Part shown: piece by piece, positions 29,094 through 38,976 of the stretch
Position numbering within the stretch: the stretch's first letter is position 1
Layout: every line of letters starts with the position of its first letter
Sequence record: NC_047754.1
DNA length: 64,000 bases
Strand: one strand, 5' to 3'
From: Escherichia phage phiAPCEc03
The notes under the pieces: model-generated
What the model saw: only the letters and a program-made list of their open reading frames with translations
Told to the model about the DNA's origin: nothing
The model's database searches: none
Program-made: the position numbers and the translations under genes

Positions 29094-31653
29094 CGAGAAT
29101 CCTTTTCACGTTATCCAGATCTTTACATACAGCAATAAACTTATCATCCTTGTACTTGCTGTGGTCTGGATGCTCTTTATCCATTGCTGCTAATTTCTTA
29201 TACTCGAAATCTGCATCAAGTAATACACCCTTGACATAACGAGTATATTCATCATCATCAATACAAGCGATTGATGGGTGCTGTTTCTTCATCTTACCAC
29301 AAGAATAGTCACGAGAACCTCCAGCTTCAGAATCTGAATCAATACCAATCGGACAGCCAGGAATACTGATACCACGGTCTTTCTGAATATTACGAATCAG
29401 GATTTCATTGTATTGGTCGATCAAATCCTCACGAACAATAGCAACTACGGAATCGTGAACCAGCATAACAATCTTCATCTCTTGTTCTAGGCCAAGAGAA
29501 ATGATCTCATTATCTGCATCTACAGCACCTAAAAGGAGACTATCAGAAGAAGCAGACTGAATGATTGCATTAAATCCAGAACGAATTTCTTCACCCTGAA
29601 CGCCACGGTCTTCGGAATGGATATTATGCAGACGACGTTTACGACCAAAGTGACTATAGATAAATCCATGATTCTTGATCTGATCGTGGCACTTATCAAT
29701 CCAACGCTTAAGCTGTGGGAACTGACTGAAGTAAGTTTCGATATAGTCCTTCGCATCTGCAACAGTACATTCAACAAACGGTTCGCCTGTTTTAGCAGAT
29801 TGTTCCAGAAGAGCTTCGTTAACAGAATGCGCTACTTTAGCCGGGCCAGAGCCGTATAGAATACCGAAGGTAATTGCCTTAGCGGCCTGACGCAGCGCTG
29901 GGAATAGCTTTTTAACATCACGGGGTTCGCATTGCAGCTTAAACACCATGTGTGCGATGTTAGAGTGGAAGTCAGGGTATTTATCAGGTTCATTTCTCAT
30001 GTTGATAAATACTTGTTGCATATTTCTATCACCAGATAGAACAGCAGCATAATAAACTTCCGCAGTTGTTAAGTCCCATGCGATTACACGGTATCCCGGC
30101 GGTGCAACTACACAACCCTTAATGATAGATTCATCACGAGGTAACTGTTGCAGGTTCAGTTTACCAGAAGAACTCAGACGACCAGAAGTAGTCATATGTT
30201 CGTGGAAACCTGTACGAATGCAACCATCTGCATCAATACTCAGAAGAATCTTCTCAACATAAGTAGAGATCAGCTTAGTCAGCTTACGAATCTCTAGAAG
30301 AGTTTTAGCAATCGGATGTTGGGTTGCCAACTCATTCAGAGCTTCTGCATCCGTAGAATCTGCACCAGTATCTGTTAATTTACCAGTTGGAGTCAAACCA
30401 ACATAATCGAACAGAAGAACACGAAGTTGCTTAACAGAGTTCGGGTTAAATGCTTCATTCTGATCTTGTTCTAGCTGTTTAACTTCTGGATAAGTATACA
30501 GTTTCTCACGGGCTTTATTCAGGTTATGAGTTAACTGATACTGAGCTTCTTTCAAACGATCAATAGAGATAGGTACTCCACGATCCTCAACACGTTGCAA
30601 GAATACGCAACCAGGCATCAAAACATCATAGTACAGACTGCAAAGTTTTTCATTCTTCTCAATTTTTGGTAAGAAGAAGTTGTGCAAACGTATGGTGGCA
30701 TCTGTATCTTTCGCAGCATATGGCCACATAATATCAAACGGAATTAAATCATAGGTGAAATCTTCTTTCTTGATTTTATGTGCTTTGCAGTAATCATCTT
30801 TGAACTTATCTAGTTCGAAGTCATAGTCACCCATATCGGTATACTTCATTGCTAGAGATTTCAAGCCATGAGTACCACGACGTTCATCTAGAACATAGTG
30901 CTGCAACATGGTATCATGGAGCCTGCGTTCTTTATGTGCTTTATCAAAAGTAAGTCCCAGATGGTACTTATAAAAGTGCATATCAAACTTCAAGTTGTGA
31001 AAAACAATAGTGTGGTTTTCACTATCCAGAATTTTCTGGAGATAATATACTGCAACTTCTGTGAGACAATCAGAATCGATATATACACCCTGATATTCTT
31101 GGTGAGATATAGAAACACCAAGCAGATAACCATCTCTACAGTATAGTGCTGAGGTTTCGGAGTCGAATGCGACAGGTCCGATAACCATATTATACACCAT
31201 CTTGATATATTCTTCTGCCTCATCAGGGTCAGTAATAGGACGGTAATCACCAGCTTTTGCAATCTTCTCACGACCATTGATAATATCGTGGATATTCTCT
31301 ACTGTTGCATCAAAAACTGGTTTCATCTCAGGTTTAAAGTGTAACTGGGCTGGGCTGATACTCGCAATCCAGTTAGCATATCCATTATACTCTACACGTT
31401 TACCGGTATAATCACCAATACCTTTCTTACCTGCAAAGTACAGAAAAGGTTCGGCACCTACCAGTATAACAAAATCATAATCATTCGGGTCAAATGGGTT
31501 TTCCGGAGTCCCGATAGTAATATGCTTTTTGAGCAAACGACCGGATAACTTCTCGTTACACATATGGAATACATCAACTTCCTCGCCGTATAGCTGGAAA
31601 TGTTTATCATAACGAGTGTTATTTAGGGCTTTATCAACTACTGCGATTTTCAA
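29086..31653 (-). CDS. DNA polymerase, family A, with 3'-5' exonuclease domain (TTG start)
   Basis: 855 aa, matching T5 polymerase size as recalled; exo motif VAFDSET; Pol A motifs RRLAKAITFGILYGSG and HDSVV; SD GAGGAG 7 nt before TTG at 31653. Confidence 0.9.
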   Translation of the reverse strand: MKIAVVDKALNNTRYDKHFQLYGEEVDVFHMCNEKLSGRLLKKHITIGTPENPFDPNDYDFVILVGAEPFLYFAGKKGIGDYTGKRVEYNGYANWIASISPAQLHFKPEMKPVFDATVENIHDIINGREKIAKAGDYRPITDPDEAEEYIKMVYNMVIGPVAFDSETSALYCRDGYLLGVSISHQEYQGVYIDSDCLTEVAVYYLQKILDSENHTIVFHNLKFDMHFYKYHLGLTFDKAHKERRLHDTMLQHYVLDERRGTHGLKSLAMKYTDMGDYDFELDKFKDDYCKAHKIKKEDFTYDLIPFDIMWPYAAKDTDATIRLHNFFLPKIEKNEKLCSLYYDVLMPGCVFLQRVEDRGVPISIDRLKEAQYQLTHNLNKAREKLYTYPEVKQLEQDQNEAFNPNSVKQLRVLLFDYVGLTPTGKLTDTGADSTDAEALNELATQHPIAKTLLEIRKLTKLISTYVEKILLSIDADGCIRTGFHEHMTTSGRLSSSGKLNLQQLPRDESIIKGCVVAPPGYRVIAWDLTTAEVYYAAVLSGDRNMQQVFINMRNEPDKYPDFHSNIAHMVFKLQCEPRDVKKLFPALRQAAKAITFGILYGSGPAKVAHSVNEALLEQSAKTGEPFVECTVADAKDYIETYFSQFPQLKRWIDKCHDQIKNHGFIYSHFGRKRRLHNIHSEDRGVQGEEIRSGFNAIIQSASSDSLLLGAVDADNEIISLGLEQEMKIVMLVHDSVVAIVREDLIDQYNEILIRNIQKDRGISIPGCPIGIDSDSEAGGSRDYSCGKMKKQHPSIACIDDDEYTRYVKGVLLDADFEYKKLAAMDKEHPDHSKYKDDKFIAVCKDLDNVKRILGA

Positions 31654-31714
31654 ATTTAATCTCCTCTTGGTAAGTAAGTATAACTTCAGTGTTTCTTCTC
31701 TAACTTACCAATAT

Positions 31715-31744
31715 ATTATACCAAATCTTTAAGCGATTCAGCAA
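31715..31744 (-). promoter_or_regulatory. T5-type early promoter (- strand) for polymerase gene, inside primase 3' end
   Basis: Complement of TATAAT at 31715-31720 and TTGCTG-like -35 near 31738-31744. Confidence 0.5.
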
Positions 31745-32606
31745 CTAAAATTTCAATACGTTTTGCTAACATATCAATCTCTTCTTTATTTAAGTCACCA
31801 GGGTCTTTACCTTCAGGCAGAAGAAAGTTAGCAACTACAGGTGTTAAACGCGTTTTTGTACGAATTAGCTTGGCCAATGCTTGTGCAGCTTTATTACCAG
31901 AAGCATCATTATCTAGTAAGATAACAACAACTTTTACACCGGCAATAATATAAGGACTGAACTTATCTGCAATGTTATCTGAAGTAAACTGATGTGTACC
32001 AAAGCAGCAGGAAGCATAGTCTATACCATTATCCTCTAGATTCAGCATATCAAAGATACCTTCAACTAGAATAAGAACTGGAGTATTATATCGTACAGGA
32101 AAAATTGGTGGTGAAACTTGTTTTGGTTTTACTAAGTATTTAGGAGGGGCAGAACTGTTTATAGAACGACCCAAAAATAGGATATTGCGTCCAACAGCAT
32201 CTGTGATTGGGAATACAATTCTGCCTTCCCAGTCTGCTTGGTGTTGGAAAGCAAAATATTTCTTCAAGGTCTTAGAACTTATGCCTCGGAAATCACCTTC
32301 GAAAAGGTAAGCAGATTCAGGAATTGCAAGATTCGTTGATCCATTCCTAATCTCTGAAATCTTTTTACGTACTTGCGATAGCCTTGGGGACTGTCGGTAC
32401 TGAGTCTCATTAAAATAATGGTAAATGCTCGGTATACCTTTACCGAATCCACAACTCAAGCAGTGCATAATACCTGTTTCAGGGTCAATACGCAAACTTG
32501 GGTGTTTATCGTCATGATCTGGATTGAGACAACATATAAGAATATCCCCGCCTGTATCCTTGTACTCAATTCCTTTTAGATCAAGTAACTCTGTTATTCT
32601 ACTCAT
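31716..32606 (-). CDS. DNA primase (DnaG-like: zinc finger plus TOPRIM)
   Basis: N-terminal CCLNPDHDDKHPS...CLSCGFGKG zinc-binding motif; TOPRIM-like VLILVEGIFD and VVILLDNDASG. Confidence 0.8.
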   Translation of the reverse strand: MSRITELLDLKGIEYKDTGGDILICCLNPDHDDKHPSLRIDPETGIMHCLSCGFGKGIPSIYHYFNETQYRQSPRLSQVRKKISEIRNGSTNLAIPESAYLFEGDFRGISSKTLKKYFAFQHQADWEGRIVFPITDAVGRNILFLGRSINSSAPPKYLVKPKQVSPPIFPVRYNTPVLILVEGIFDMLNLEDNGIDYASCCFGTHQFTSDNIADKFSPYIIAGVKVVVILLDNDASGNKAAQALAKLIRTKTRLTPVVANFLLPEGKDPGDLNKEEIDMLAKRIEILVAESLKDLV

Positions 32607-33136
32607 GAATTTAACTCCTCCAGTGAAGGATAATTAGATGTATCAAAAATTTCTATAACAGCACGTTCTCCATGTAACTTAGTCCTTAATATATTTGCTG
32701 AATTTACAGCTAGCTCTAGCTCTTCATACTTAAATCTGCCACCATTTTTAAGAGTGCTATTAGAGTCTCTTACTTGAACTCTCCATCTTTGTTTTTCTAT
32801 ATCCCAAGCAACTCCCAAATATCCAGACTTACTACATGCGGTTTTATTTCTACTATTTTCCTGGGCTGTGGCGTCTCTTAGATTACACCATCGGTTATCA
32901 AAGGGTATTCTATTTACATGGTCTACTTTTTCAGGTAACGTGTTTTCCATAAATAGGAAGGCCATACGATGGGCTTTATAATCACTACCATCTATACCGA
33001 TAATTATATAACCGTTTGAATCCTTTCTAGTTACTATACTCCCGGCTTTCTGGTTGCCTCTAGATACTTTTCTAATAAACTCCCCAGTCTCTGGGGAGTA
33101 GTCAAACAGTTCTTTTAGTCGTTCCTGTGTTATCAT
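32603..33136 (-). CDS. HNH homing endonuclease with AP2-like DNA-binding domain
   Basis: HNH motif VDHVNRIPFDNRWCNLRDATAQEN; AP2-like GYLGVAWDIEKQRWRVQV; sits between helicase and primase genes. Confidence 0.8.
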   Translation of the reverse strand: MITQERLKELFDYSPETGEFIRKVSRGNQKAGSIVTRKDSNGYIIIGIDGSDYKAHRMAFLFMENTLPEKVDHVNRIPFDNRWCNLRDATAQENSRNKTACSKSGYLGVAWDIEKQRWRVQVRDSNSTLKNGGRFKYEELELAVNSANILRTKLHGERAVIEIFDTSNYPSLEELNS

Positions 33137-34605
33137 ATATCGCTGGCCTGTTCACCTGTTGAATTTTCAGCTTTGTCTTTCTTAGCACGTTTAGATTGAG
33201 CTGGCTTATCCTTCTCAATAGGGATAACGAACTCAGCTTCCATTTGAGATATATCTTCCATTGCTAGGTTGGTAGTGTTATCCATCCGCAGGGTTTCCCA
33301 GTTCATTTTAGGCATAAACTTCACGCTATCAGAAGAACGAGTCTTAACGAAGTCAAACATAATAGCACCTTGACCATTATCAGCTTTTGCAGCATTAAGA
33401 TTAGCAGCCATGTCTGCGGAATCAAGAATCCCCTTTGACATACGTGTTCTACCATCTTGATCAATCTGGTAAGGAGCTACACCAGCCACGTTATGTTTCT
33501 GGCAGATAGATTTGAAAGACGAGCTAACAACCATCTGTTCTTTCCAGTCATACATATCAATGGTTTTAGAGTCTGGAAGTCGGGTTTGGTTAATATAGTC
33601 CAGTAAAGCTACTGTAACTTTATCCCCATATCTAGCAACTAATTTATTTAATTCTACGTCAACTGTTGTAATAGACAGCTCAGGATCATAAACAATAATC
33701 ATAGGAGTATGTAGCTCATATCCTTCTATTAGCTTACTTTCCATATCGTAGAAATCACTCATCTTAGCCATTGTGTACTGTTTAACGAAATTGTCGAAAA
33801 GCTCTTCACCACCGTTAAACATCCTAGCTCTAGTTCTGGCTAATCTCAACAGAGCTGCACCTTCTAGAGTATTATTACGCATTGCTAGTGCTGATACACC
33901 AGCTAGCATAGCTAGATTACGTCTAAATACTTCATGTTCTTTCATCTCAATTGAGAAGTATGGAGCAATATCTCCATTCAAATATTGCTGAACCTGTATG
34001 TTTGAACAGATAATGGATTTACCAGTACCACGCCAACCACCAAGCAGTAACGTTTCTGTGCGAGCTAAACCAATTTGAGCGTCGAACTCATTACAAATAC
34101 CAAGAGCGATTAAGTTCAGTTTGGTATCTTCTTCTCTCTGGAAAATACGCATGTTATCTGCGTTGAATACTTTTCCAGTATTCGTTACTTTCTCTTCTAA
34201 TTTTAAGTGAAGGGAGGCAACTCGGTTAAGAATTTCTCCCTGATCCAGCATTGTTAAATCTTGAAGCACGTCTGTTTCTAGAAGCTTCAGGAATAAATCC
34301 TGTGTATACTCGGCCTCTAGGACTTCAAGTGCCTGTTCCATGCTAACTTCTGGAATTTGAGTGTTAGCTAAGACGACTAGAGCTTGAGAAAGGCGGGCGT
34401 TCCTATTAGCTTCAAGCATAAGTGCGTCAATGGACGGCATTGTGTTATATTTTTTATAATAATTCTGGACGGCTTGGTAAATTGAGGAGAAAGCGTCATT
34501 AAAATGATCTTTATGCAGTTTTGAGAATGTTTCCAATGCTATTTGCTTCTGTTCGGAAGCTAGAAGCATCTTCAACACTACAGCTTGCACGTTAAACAAG
34601 GTCAT
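33133..34605 (-). CDS. DnaB-like replicative DNA helicase
   Basis: Walker A GGWRGTGKS in a RecA-like C-terminal half; start set at ATG 34605 with SD AGGAGA (the ORF-track start at 34656 lies upstream of it). Confidence 0.75.
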   Translation of the reverse strand: MTLFNVQAVVLKMLLASEQKQIALETFSKLHKDHFNDAFSSIYQAVQNYYKKYNTMPSIDALMLEANRNARLSQALVVLANTQIPEVSMEQALEVLEAEYTQDLFLKLLETDVLQDLTMLDQGEILNRVASLHLKLEEKVTNTGKVFNADNMRIFQREEDTKLNLIALGICNEFDAQIGLARTETLLLGGWRGTGKSIICSNIQVQQYLNGDIAPYFSIEMKEHEVFRRNLAMLAGVSALAMRNNTLEGAALLRLARTRARMFNGGEELFDNFVKQYTMAKMSDFYDMESKLIEGYELHTPMIIVYDPELSITTVDVELNKLVARYGDKVTVALLDYINQTRLPDSKTIDMYDWKEQMVVSSSFKSICQKHNVAGVAPYQIDQDGRTRMSKGILDSADMAANLNAAKADNGQGAIMFDFVKTRSSDSVKFMPKMNWETLRMDNTTNLAMEDISQMEAEFVIPIEKDKPAQSKRAKKDKAENSTGEQASDI

Positions 34606-34635
34606 TCTCCTTTGCACGCTTTCGTGCCTTCTAAA

Positions 34636-34680
34636 TGCAAAAAGGGGAAGGAGCATAGCCCCCTCCCCTTAGGTTTAATT
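34636..34680 (-). terminator. Rho-independent terminator (- strand)
   Basis: GC-rich hairpin GGGGAGGGGGCTATGCTCCTTCCCC followed by T-run on - strand. Confidence 0.6.
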
Positions 34681-34687
34681 TACCAGA

Positions 34688-35455
34688 TTATTCAGCAGCC
34701 GCAGCTTTTGCATCCAGTTTAGCACGCTTAGCGGCACCATCATAGTCCTTAGCAACCAGACCACGACGAGACAGCATAGATTTAACACCGCGCTCAGATT
34801 TACCAGTTTTCTCAGCGATCTCAGCAACAGTCATGTTAACCAGATCCAGACCTTCTAACAGATCTTCACGAGTTTTAGCACTTGAGGTTTCCTGTACCGG
34901 CATAGCAGCGATACGACCTTCACGAAGCAGGCTCAGAGCTTTACCACGGATCTGCTTAATATTGCGACCGAAGTGAGCAGCGATAGCTTCAATAGTAGCA
35001 CCAGCAACAACCTGATTAACAAAATCAGTTTCTTCATCCGGAGTGAAGGAACGAACAGCAGCAGCTTTTTCGGTTGGCTTAACAGAAGCGGTCATTTCCA
35101 GACTCAGGATCTTACCCTGTACCTGTTTAGCACCGAACTGACCACCAGCTACAGCAGCAGCGATTTCAGCATAGGTATACTGACCAGCATGAGCGTTCAG
35201 GAAATCAACCAGTTCAGCTTCCTGCTCAGGAGTCCATGGGGATTTCTGTACTTCGTTGGCTTTCTGTACTTCAAAACCTTCTTTACGCAGTTTAGAACCA
35301 ACAGAGCGGGCAGTAACATCTTTGCCAGTTTCAGCAGCCAGTTCAGCAGCGATAGCAGCTACTTGTTCTTGAGAGATTACAGAAACACCCAGAGCAGTGG
35401 CTTTTGCTTTCAGAGACTCGGTTACACCTTCTACGTTCCAGTTCAGTTTAGACAT
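34688..35455 (-). CDS. Ala-rich DNA-binding protein (possibly T5 D5-like)
   Basis: 255 aa with internally repeated segments (AEIAAAVAG / VAEIAEKTGKSERGVKSMLSRRG); most GC-rich, codon-biased gene of the early block. Confidence 0.45.
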   Translation of the reverse strand: MSKLNWNVEGVTESLKAKATALGVSVISQEQVAAIAAELAAETGKDVTARSVGSKLRKEGFEVQKANEVQKSPWTPEQEAELVDFLNAHAGQYTYAEIAAAVAGGQFGAKQVQGKILSLEMTASVKPTEKAAAVRSFTPDEETDFVNQVVAGATIEAIAAHFGRNIKQIRGKALSLLREGRIAAMPVQETSSAKTREDLLEGLDLVNMTVAEIAEKTGKSERGVKSMLSRRGLVAKDYDGAAKRAKLDAKAAAAE

Positions 35456-36218
35456 TATTATTTTTCTCCAATAGTTCTTTAATCGACAGGATTTCTATCC
35501 CATTCGTTTCGGCTTTCTTATAAGATGAGGAAGAACGTTTTGATTCATCCTCACAGATCAGGTATTTGACATCTTTGGTAACGGATTTCTTAACCGTATA
35601 TCCTAGACCTTCTAAATAGTTTGTTGCATCCGTTCTATTTGCAAAGTCTTGCAAAGATCCGGTAATACATACCGCGATTCCATTTGGCTGGGCAACTAAA
35701 TCATCAGTAACGACGGTTTTAGCTTTAGCACCAGTTGAGAATTTCCACGGTAATTCGATAACATCCTTGCCTTGTGGGGAATTTAGCCAGGCTTTATAGT
35801 TTTCTCCAGCCTTGCCGTCAGCCTTCACATCGTGGAAGCTAGTGCAATTTTGGGATAATTTCTTTGCTGCAACCTCTCCGATTAGAGGGATTCCTAAAGA
35901 ACCGAGAACTGAACCAAAGTCAATGTCTCCGCGAACTTTAGTATTTAATTCGCTAATTAACTTAGCGGCAACCTTGCTACCCACGGCTCTAACCAAATCT
36001 TCTTCGGTTAGGTAAAATAGTTCTGAAATCTTCGTCAGCTCCAGCTTCTCAATAGTTTTTGGACCAAAGCCCTTTAACTTAATTTTTGTACAGAAGTTCT
36101 CAATTAACTTACTTGATTGCGCTGGACAGTTGGACTTATTCCGACAGAATAATTGTCCGTTGACAAGATCTAGCTTAGAACCACAAGAGGGACATTGTGT
36201 TGGAATTTCGATTTTCAT
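35448..36218 (-). CDS. ligB: NAD-dependent DNA ligase, subunit B (Zn finger, HhH, BRCT)
   Basis: Cys4 motif CPSCGSKL...CRNKSNCPAQ, HhH-like GFGPKTIEKL, C-terminal BRCT-like VCITGSL...YLICED; ATG at 36218 with SD AAGGAAG. Confidence 0.8.
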   Translation of the reverse strand: MKIEIPTQCPSCGSKLDLVNGQLFCRNKSNCPAQSSKLIENFCTKIKLKGFGPKTIEKLELTKISELFYLTEEDLVRAVGSKVAAKLISELNTKVRGDIDFGSVLGSLGIPLIGEVAAKKLSQNCTSFHDVKADGKAGENYKAWLNSPQGKDVIELPWKFSTGAKAKTVVTDDLVAQPNGIAVCITGSLQDFANRTDATNYLEGLGYTVKKSVTKDVKYLICEDESKRSSSSYKKAETNGIEILSIKELLEKNNNV

Positions 36219-36248
36219 CAAAGTTCTTCCTTATCAATTTATATAAAT

Positions 36249-36277
36249 ATTATAGCAAGTATTTAAGCATTTAGCAA
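36249..36277 (-). promoter_or_regulatory. T5-type early promoter (- strand) for ligB
   Basis: Complement of TATAAT at 36249-36254, 17-bp spacer, complement of TTGCTA at 36272-36277. Confidence 0.65.
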
Positions 36278-36420
36278 CTACAATTTTAACTAACTTTGCT
36301 TACCCTCGCCATAACTTTCTATCCCTCAACTGAATGATAATAGTATATACCTAAGCGGCGAAAATGTCAATAACCACTTTATAATTCCGATATGGTAGAT
36401 GGGTAGCAAAGGGTTATGTA

Positions 36421-37392
36421 TTAATCGTATACTCGCTCTACTATACACGGGATTACACCACCAGCACGAATTACTCGAATCTGGCAACCGATCTCTAGAT
36501 CAAGAGAGTTAATATAATCAACGTTATTAAGAGTCGCCTTAACAATTGTAGCATCATCAATAATTACCGGTTCGAAATAACCAACTGGAGTTACTTTACC
36601 AGAGGCCCCTACCTGCCATTCAACTTTAGTAAGAGTTGTAATCTCGCCTTCTTCATCCTCTTTAATAGCGAAGGCTCCACGAGGGAATTTATTAGTCCAG
36701 CCCTCTCGGAAGAATTTGTTGTTATCATTAATACGAACAACTTTACCGTCCGTCGGAATCCATTTAAAGAAGGAACGCACATTAACAACTGTTAAGAAGT
36801 TCTCATTCTCTAGCCAAAGCATATCTTTTAAATATGCTTCTGTAATACCTACAGATTCAGCAGAACACTGGATACCGTATGCGACGAAGATTAAACCACC
36901 TTCCCCTATACGTTGTACGAAATCATCGCTATCTTTGAGGTTAATAGCACCAGAGGCAAAGTTACGTTTATTTTCTACTTCTTTTGTAATTAGAACTTCA
37001 CCAGTGATTTGAGTAGGTACTTTTTGGGAAATCTTTTGAGGGATGTTCAGCAATCTTACGTTGCTTGTGACATCATTCCCTAGAATACCATTACCACGAG
37101 TTAGTGCTTGAACAAATTCGCCATTAATATATAACAGAGAAATCGCACAACCATCTAACTTATCAGTTTCTACCTGACCTAACGGGTTGAACGGAGGTTT
37201 ATCTCCACGATTATAATAAACTTTCTGTAAAGAATACATACGATACAGATGTGGAATATCACCCTTAGGCCCGATCTCTTCTTCTAATGGAAATCTTTTA
37301 ATCAGACGATCATATTCTTCGTCAGAGATTAAAGACATACCTTGATAATATGCTTCTTGACAGCGTTTAATAAAGTCTTTTACATTAGTCAT
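36421..37392 (-). CDS. ligA: NAD-dependent DNA ligase, subunit A (adenylation and OB domains)
   Basis: N-terminal Ia-like region; adenylation motif KLDGCAIS (KxDG). Confidence 0.8.
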   Translation of the reverse strand: MTNVKDFIKRCQEAYYQGMSLISDEEYDRLIKRFPLEEEIGPKGDIPHLYRMYSLQKVYYNRGDKPPFNPLGQVETDKLDGCAISLLYINGEFVQALTRGNGILGNDVTSNVRLLNIPQKISQKVPTQITGEVLITKEVENKRNFASGAINLKDSDDFVQRIGEGGLIFVAYGIQCSAESVGITEAYLKDMLWLENENFLTVVNVRSFFKWIPTDGKVVRINDNNKFFREGWTNKFPRGAFAIKEDEEGEITTLTKVEWQVGASGKVTPVGYFEPVIIDDATIVKATLNNVDYINSLDLEIGCQIRVIRAGGVIPCIVERVYD

Positions 37393-37423
37393 TTATTTAT
37401 ATCTCTCATCAATTTATATAAAT

Positions 37424-37452
37424 ATTATATAATAAAACTGAGTTGAAAGCAA
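37424..37452 (-). promoter_or_regulatory. T5-type early promoter (- strand) for ligA
   Basis: Complement of TATAAT at 37424-37429, 17-bp spacer, complement of TTGCTT at 37447-37452. Confidence 0.65.
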
Positions 37453-37479
37453 ATACATTTATAAAGAAAAAGCCAAGAA

Positions 37480-37788
37480 CTAGGCATTCTTGGCTTTGAG
37501 TTCTTCAGCTCGTTTCTGTACTTCATGTAAAACCTCAGATTCGCTAAGAATCTGTGTAAACGCATAGAAAAGCTGTGATGTTGTTTCTAGGGTGTAAGGA
37601 AAAGAGAAGCCAGATTTCGTTGGAAACCATTCATCATTAATATCAAGAAGCCAGTAACGAATACCCATGTATAGATTCCCACGAAATTCAGATACTGTTA
37701 ATCTTACTTGTTCTCCCTCCTTCTCCCAAAGTATGATGGACTGGTCATCAACGTGTCCTTCATAGTTTTGATTTACCTGTTCGCTCAT
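37480..37788 (-). CDS. PC4/YdbC-like putative ssDNA-binding protein
   Basis: 102 aa; motif RLTVSEFRGNLYMGIRYWL...WFPTKSGFSF resembles PC4-type domains. Confidence 0.45.
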   Translation of the reverse strand: MSEQVNQNYEGHVDDQSIILWEKEGEQVRLTVSEFRGNLYMGIRYWLLDINDEWFPTKSGFSFPYTLETTSQLFYAFTQILSESEVLHEVQKRAEELKAKNA

Positions 37789-37814
37789 TTACATATTCCA
37801 AATACACAAAAAGC

Positions 37815-37840
37815 CCCATATAGGGGCTAATTGGTTTCTT
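37815..37840 (-). terminator. Rho-independent terminator (- strand)
   Basis: Hairpin AGCCCC-ATATA-GGGGCT with T-run on - strand. Confidence 0.65.
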
Positions 37841-38135
37841 ATCGGCCTACTGGAGAAGCACGATCTAACTCTGATTGGAGGCTAGTCACACGACGGACTT
37901 TCTCGACAGGAATAAAACGGAAGCTATCATTAGTACGAGAGAAGACAAGGATCTCATCATCTTTCGCTTTACGAATACGTTCACGTTTAATACGCTCAGC
38001 TAGATATTTATCTTGGGCTGGATCAAATTCCATTGTACCCTGAAGGTACGTGGTTCCTTTCTGACGAAGTTTCTCGTAATGAAGATAAAACTCACCAAAT
38101 TTTTCACATTGTGCGATAATTTCAGCTTTGGTCAT
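37839..38135 (-). CDS. Hypothetical protein
   Basis: 98 aa ORF in early operon. Confidence 0.45.
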   Translation of the reverse strand: MTKAEIIAQCEKFGEFYLHYEKLRQKGTTYLQGTMEFDPAQDKYLAERIKRERIRKAKDDEILVFSRTNDSFRFIPVEKVRRVTSLQSELDRASPVGR

Positions 38136-38171
38136 AACTGTGTTCCTTTTGTTGGTGGATTTATCTAAAAA

Positions 38172-38582
38172 TTACTTAGTGATAGCTCGGATTGCTTCTG
38201 CCAGATGAGCAGCCGCTTTACCGGTCAGTTTGTCGATAATTGCATCATCCAGAAAATCTGGTGCTAGGCCAGCATCAGAGAATGCTGAACGAAGGTCGGC
38301 GTGAGCTTGGGCTTTGGAGGTACGAGAACCACCGGAAGCTTTTTCTCCAGTAGATGCGCTAGATTTAGAAGCAGAGCCAGCAGCTTTCTTGATATACAAA
38401 CCTGCTTTAGTCAGCTTCATACGAAAACCGTTCGGAGTTACACCATTTTCCTGGGCAATTTCGCTAACAATTTCCATGCTAACACCCGGACGTTCATCCT
38501 CTGGGAATTGCTCCATACGAGCAACGTATTCGGAAGACATTTTTTCGAACAGTTCATCAGTCCACTGAGTTGGAGTAGTCAT
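38172..38582 (-). CDS. Hypothetical protein
   Basis: 136 aa ORF downstream of promoter at 38640-38668. Confidence 0.5.
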   Translation of the reverse strand: MTTPTQWTDELFEKMSSEYVARMEQFPEDERPGVSMEIVSEIAQENGVTPNGFRMKLTKAGLYIKKAAGSASKSSASTGEKASGGSRTSKAQAHADLRSAFSDAGLAPDFLDDAIIDKLTGKAAAHLAEAIRAITK

Positions 38583-38639
38583 ATTTTATATTTCCTTAAT
38601 TAAGAATTAAACAGAATAGTTCTTTCAAACTATGAGAAT

Positions 38640-38668
38640 ATTATATCAAGAATTATAAGATTAAGCAA
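38640..38668 (-). promoter_or_regulatory. T5-type early promoter (- strand)
   Basis: Complement of TATAAT at 38640-38645, 17-bp spacer, complement of TTGCTT at 38663-38668. Confidence 0.65.
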
Positions 38669-38688
38669 CTGAAATTTTTCTGTAATTG

Positions 38689-38976
38689 CTACACATCTAG
38701 CTCAACGATCTCCCAATCATCCGCCAGAGCTTCTTCTAGGGTTAGGGAGGTGGTTTTCCATGTTGCGTCTTTTATATCGAACTTGGTATACCCATCTTCA
38801 TTGGGCCACCAGGTAAACTCGACAATATCATTATTATCAACATCTACTTTTATAATAGTAGAGTAATAAGTACGAGCATCCCAGTTACCCCAGCTATCTC
38901 GCTGGAGATATTTTACATCTCCATCTTTGAGCAAATCTGTTAGTTTACTCACGGCGTTTTCCTTTTTCTTTATCAA
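38689..38976 (-). CDS. Hypothetical protein
   Basis: 95 aa ORF. Confidence 0.45.
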   Translation of the reverse strand: MIKKKENAVSKLTDLLKDGDVKYLQRDSWGNWDARTYYSTIIKVDVDNNDIVEFTWWPNEDGYTKFDIKDATWKTTSLTLEEALADDWEIVELDV

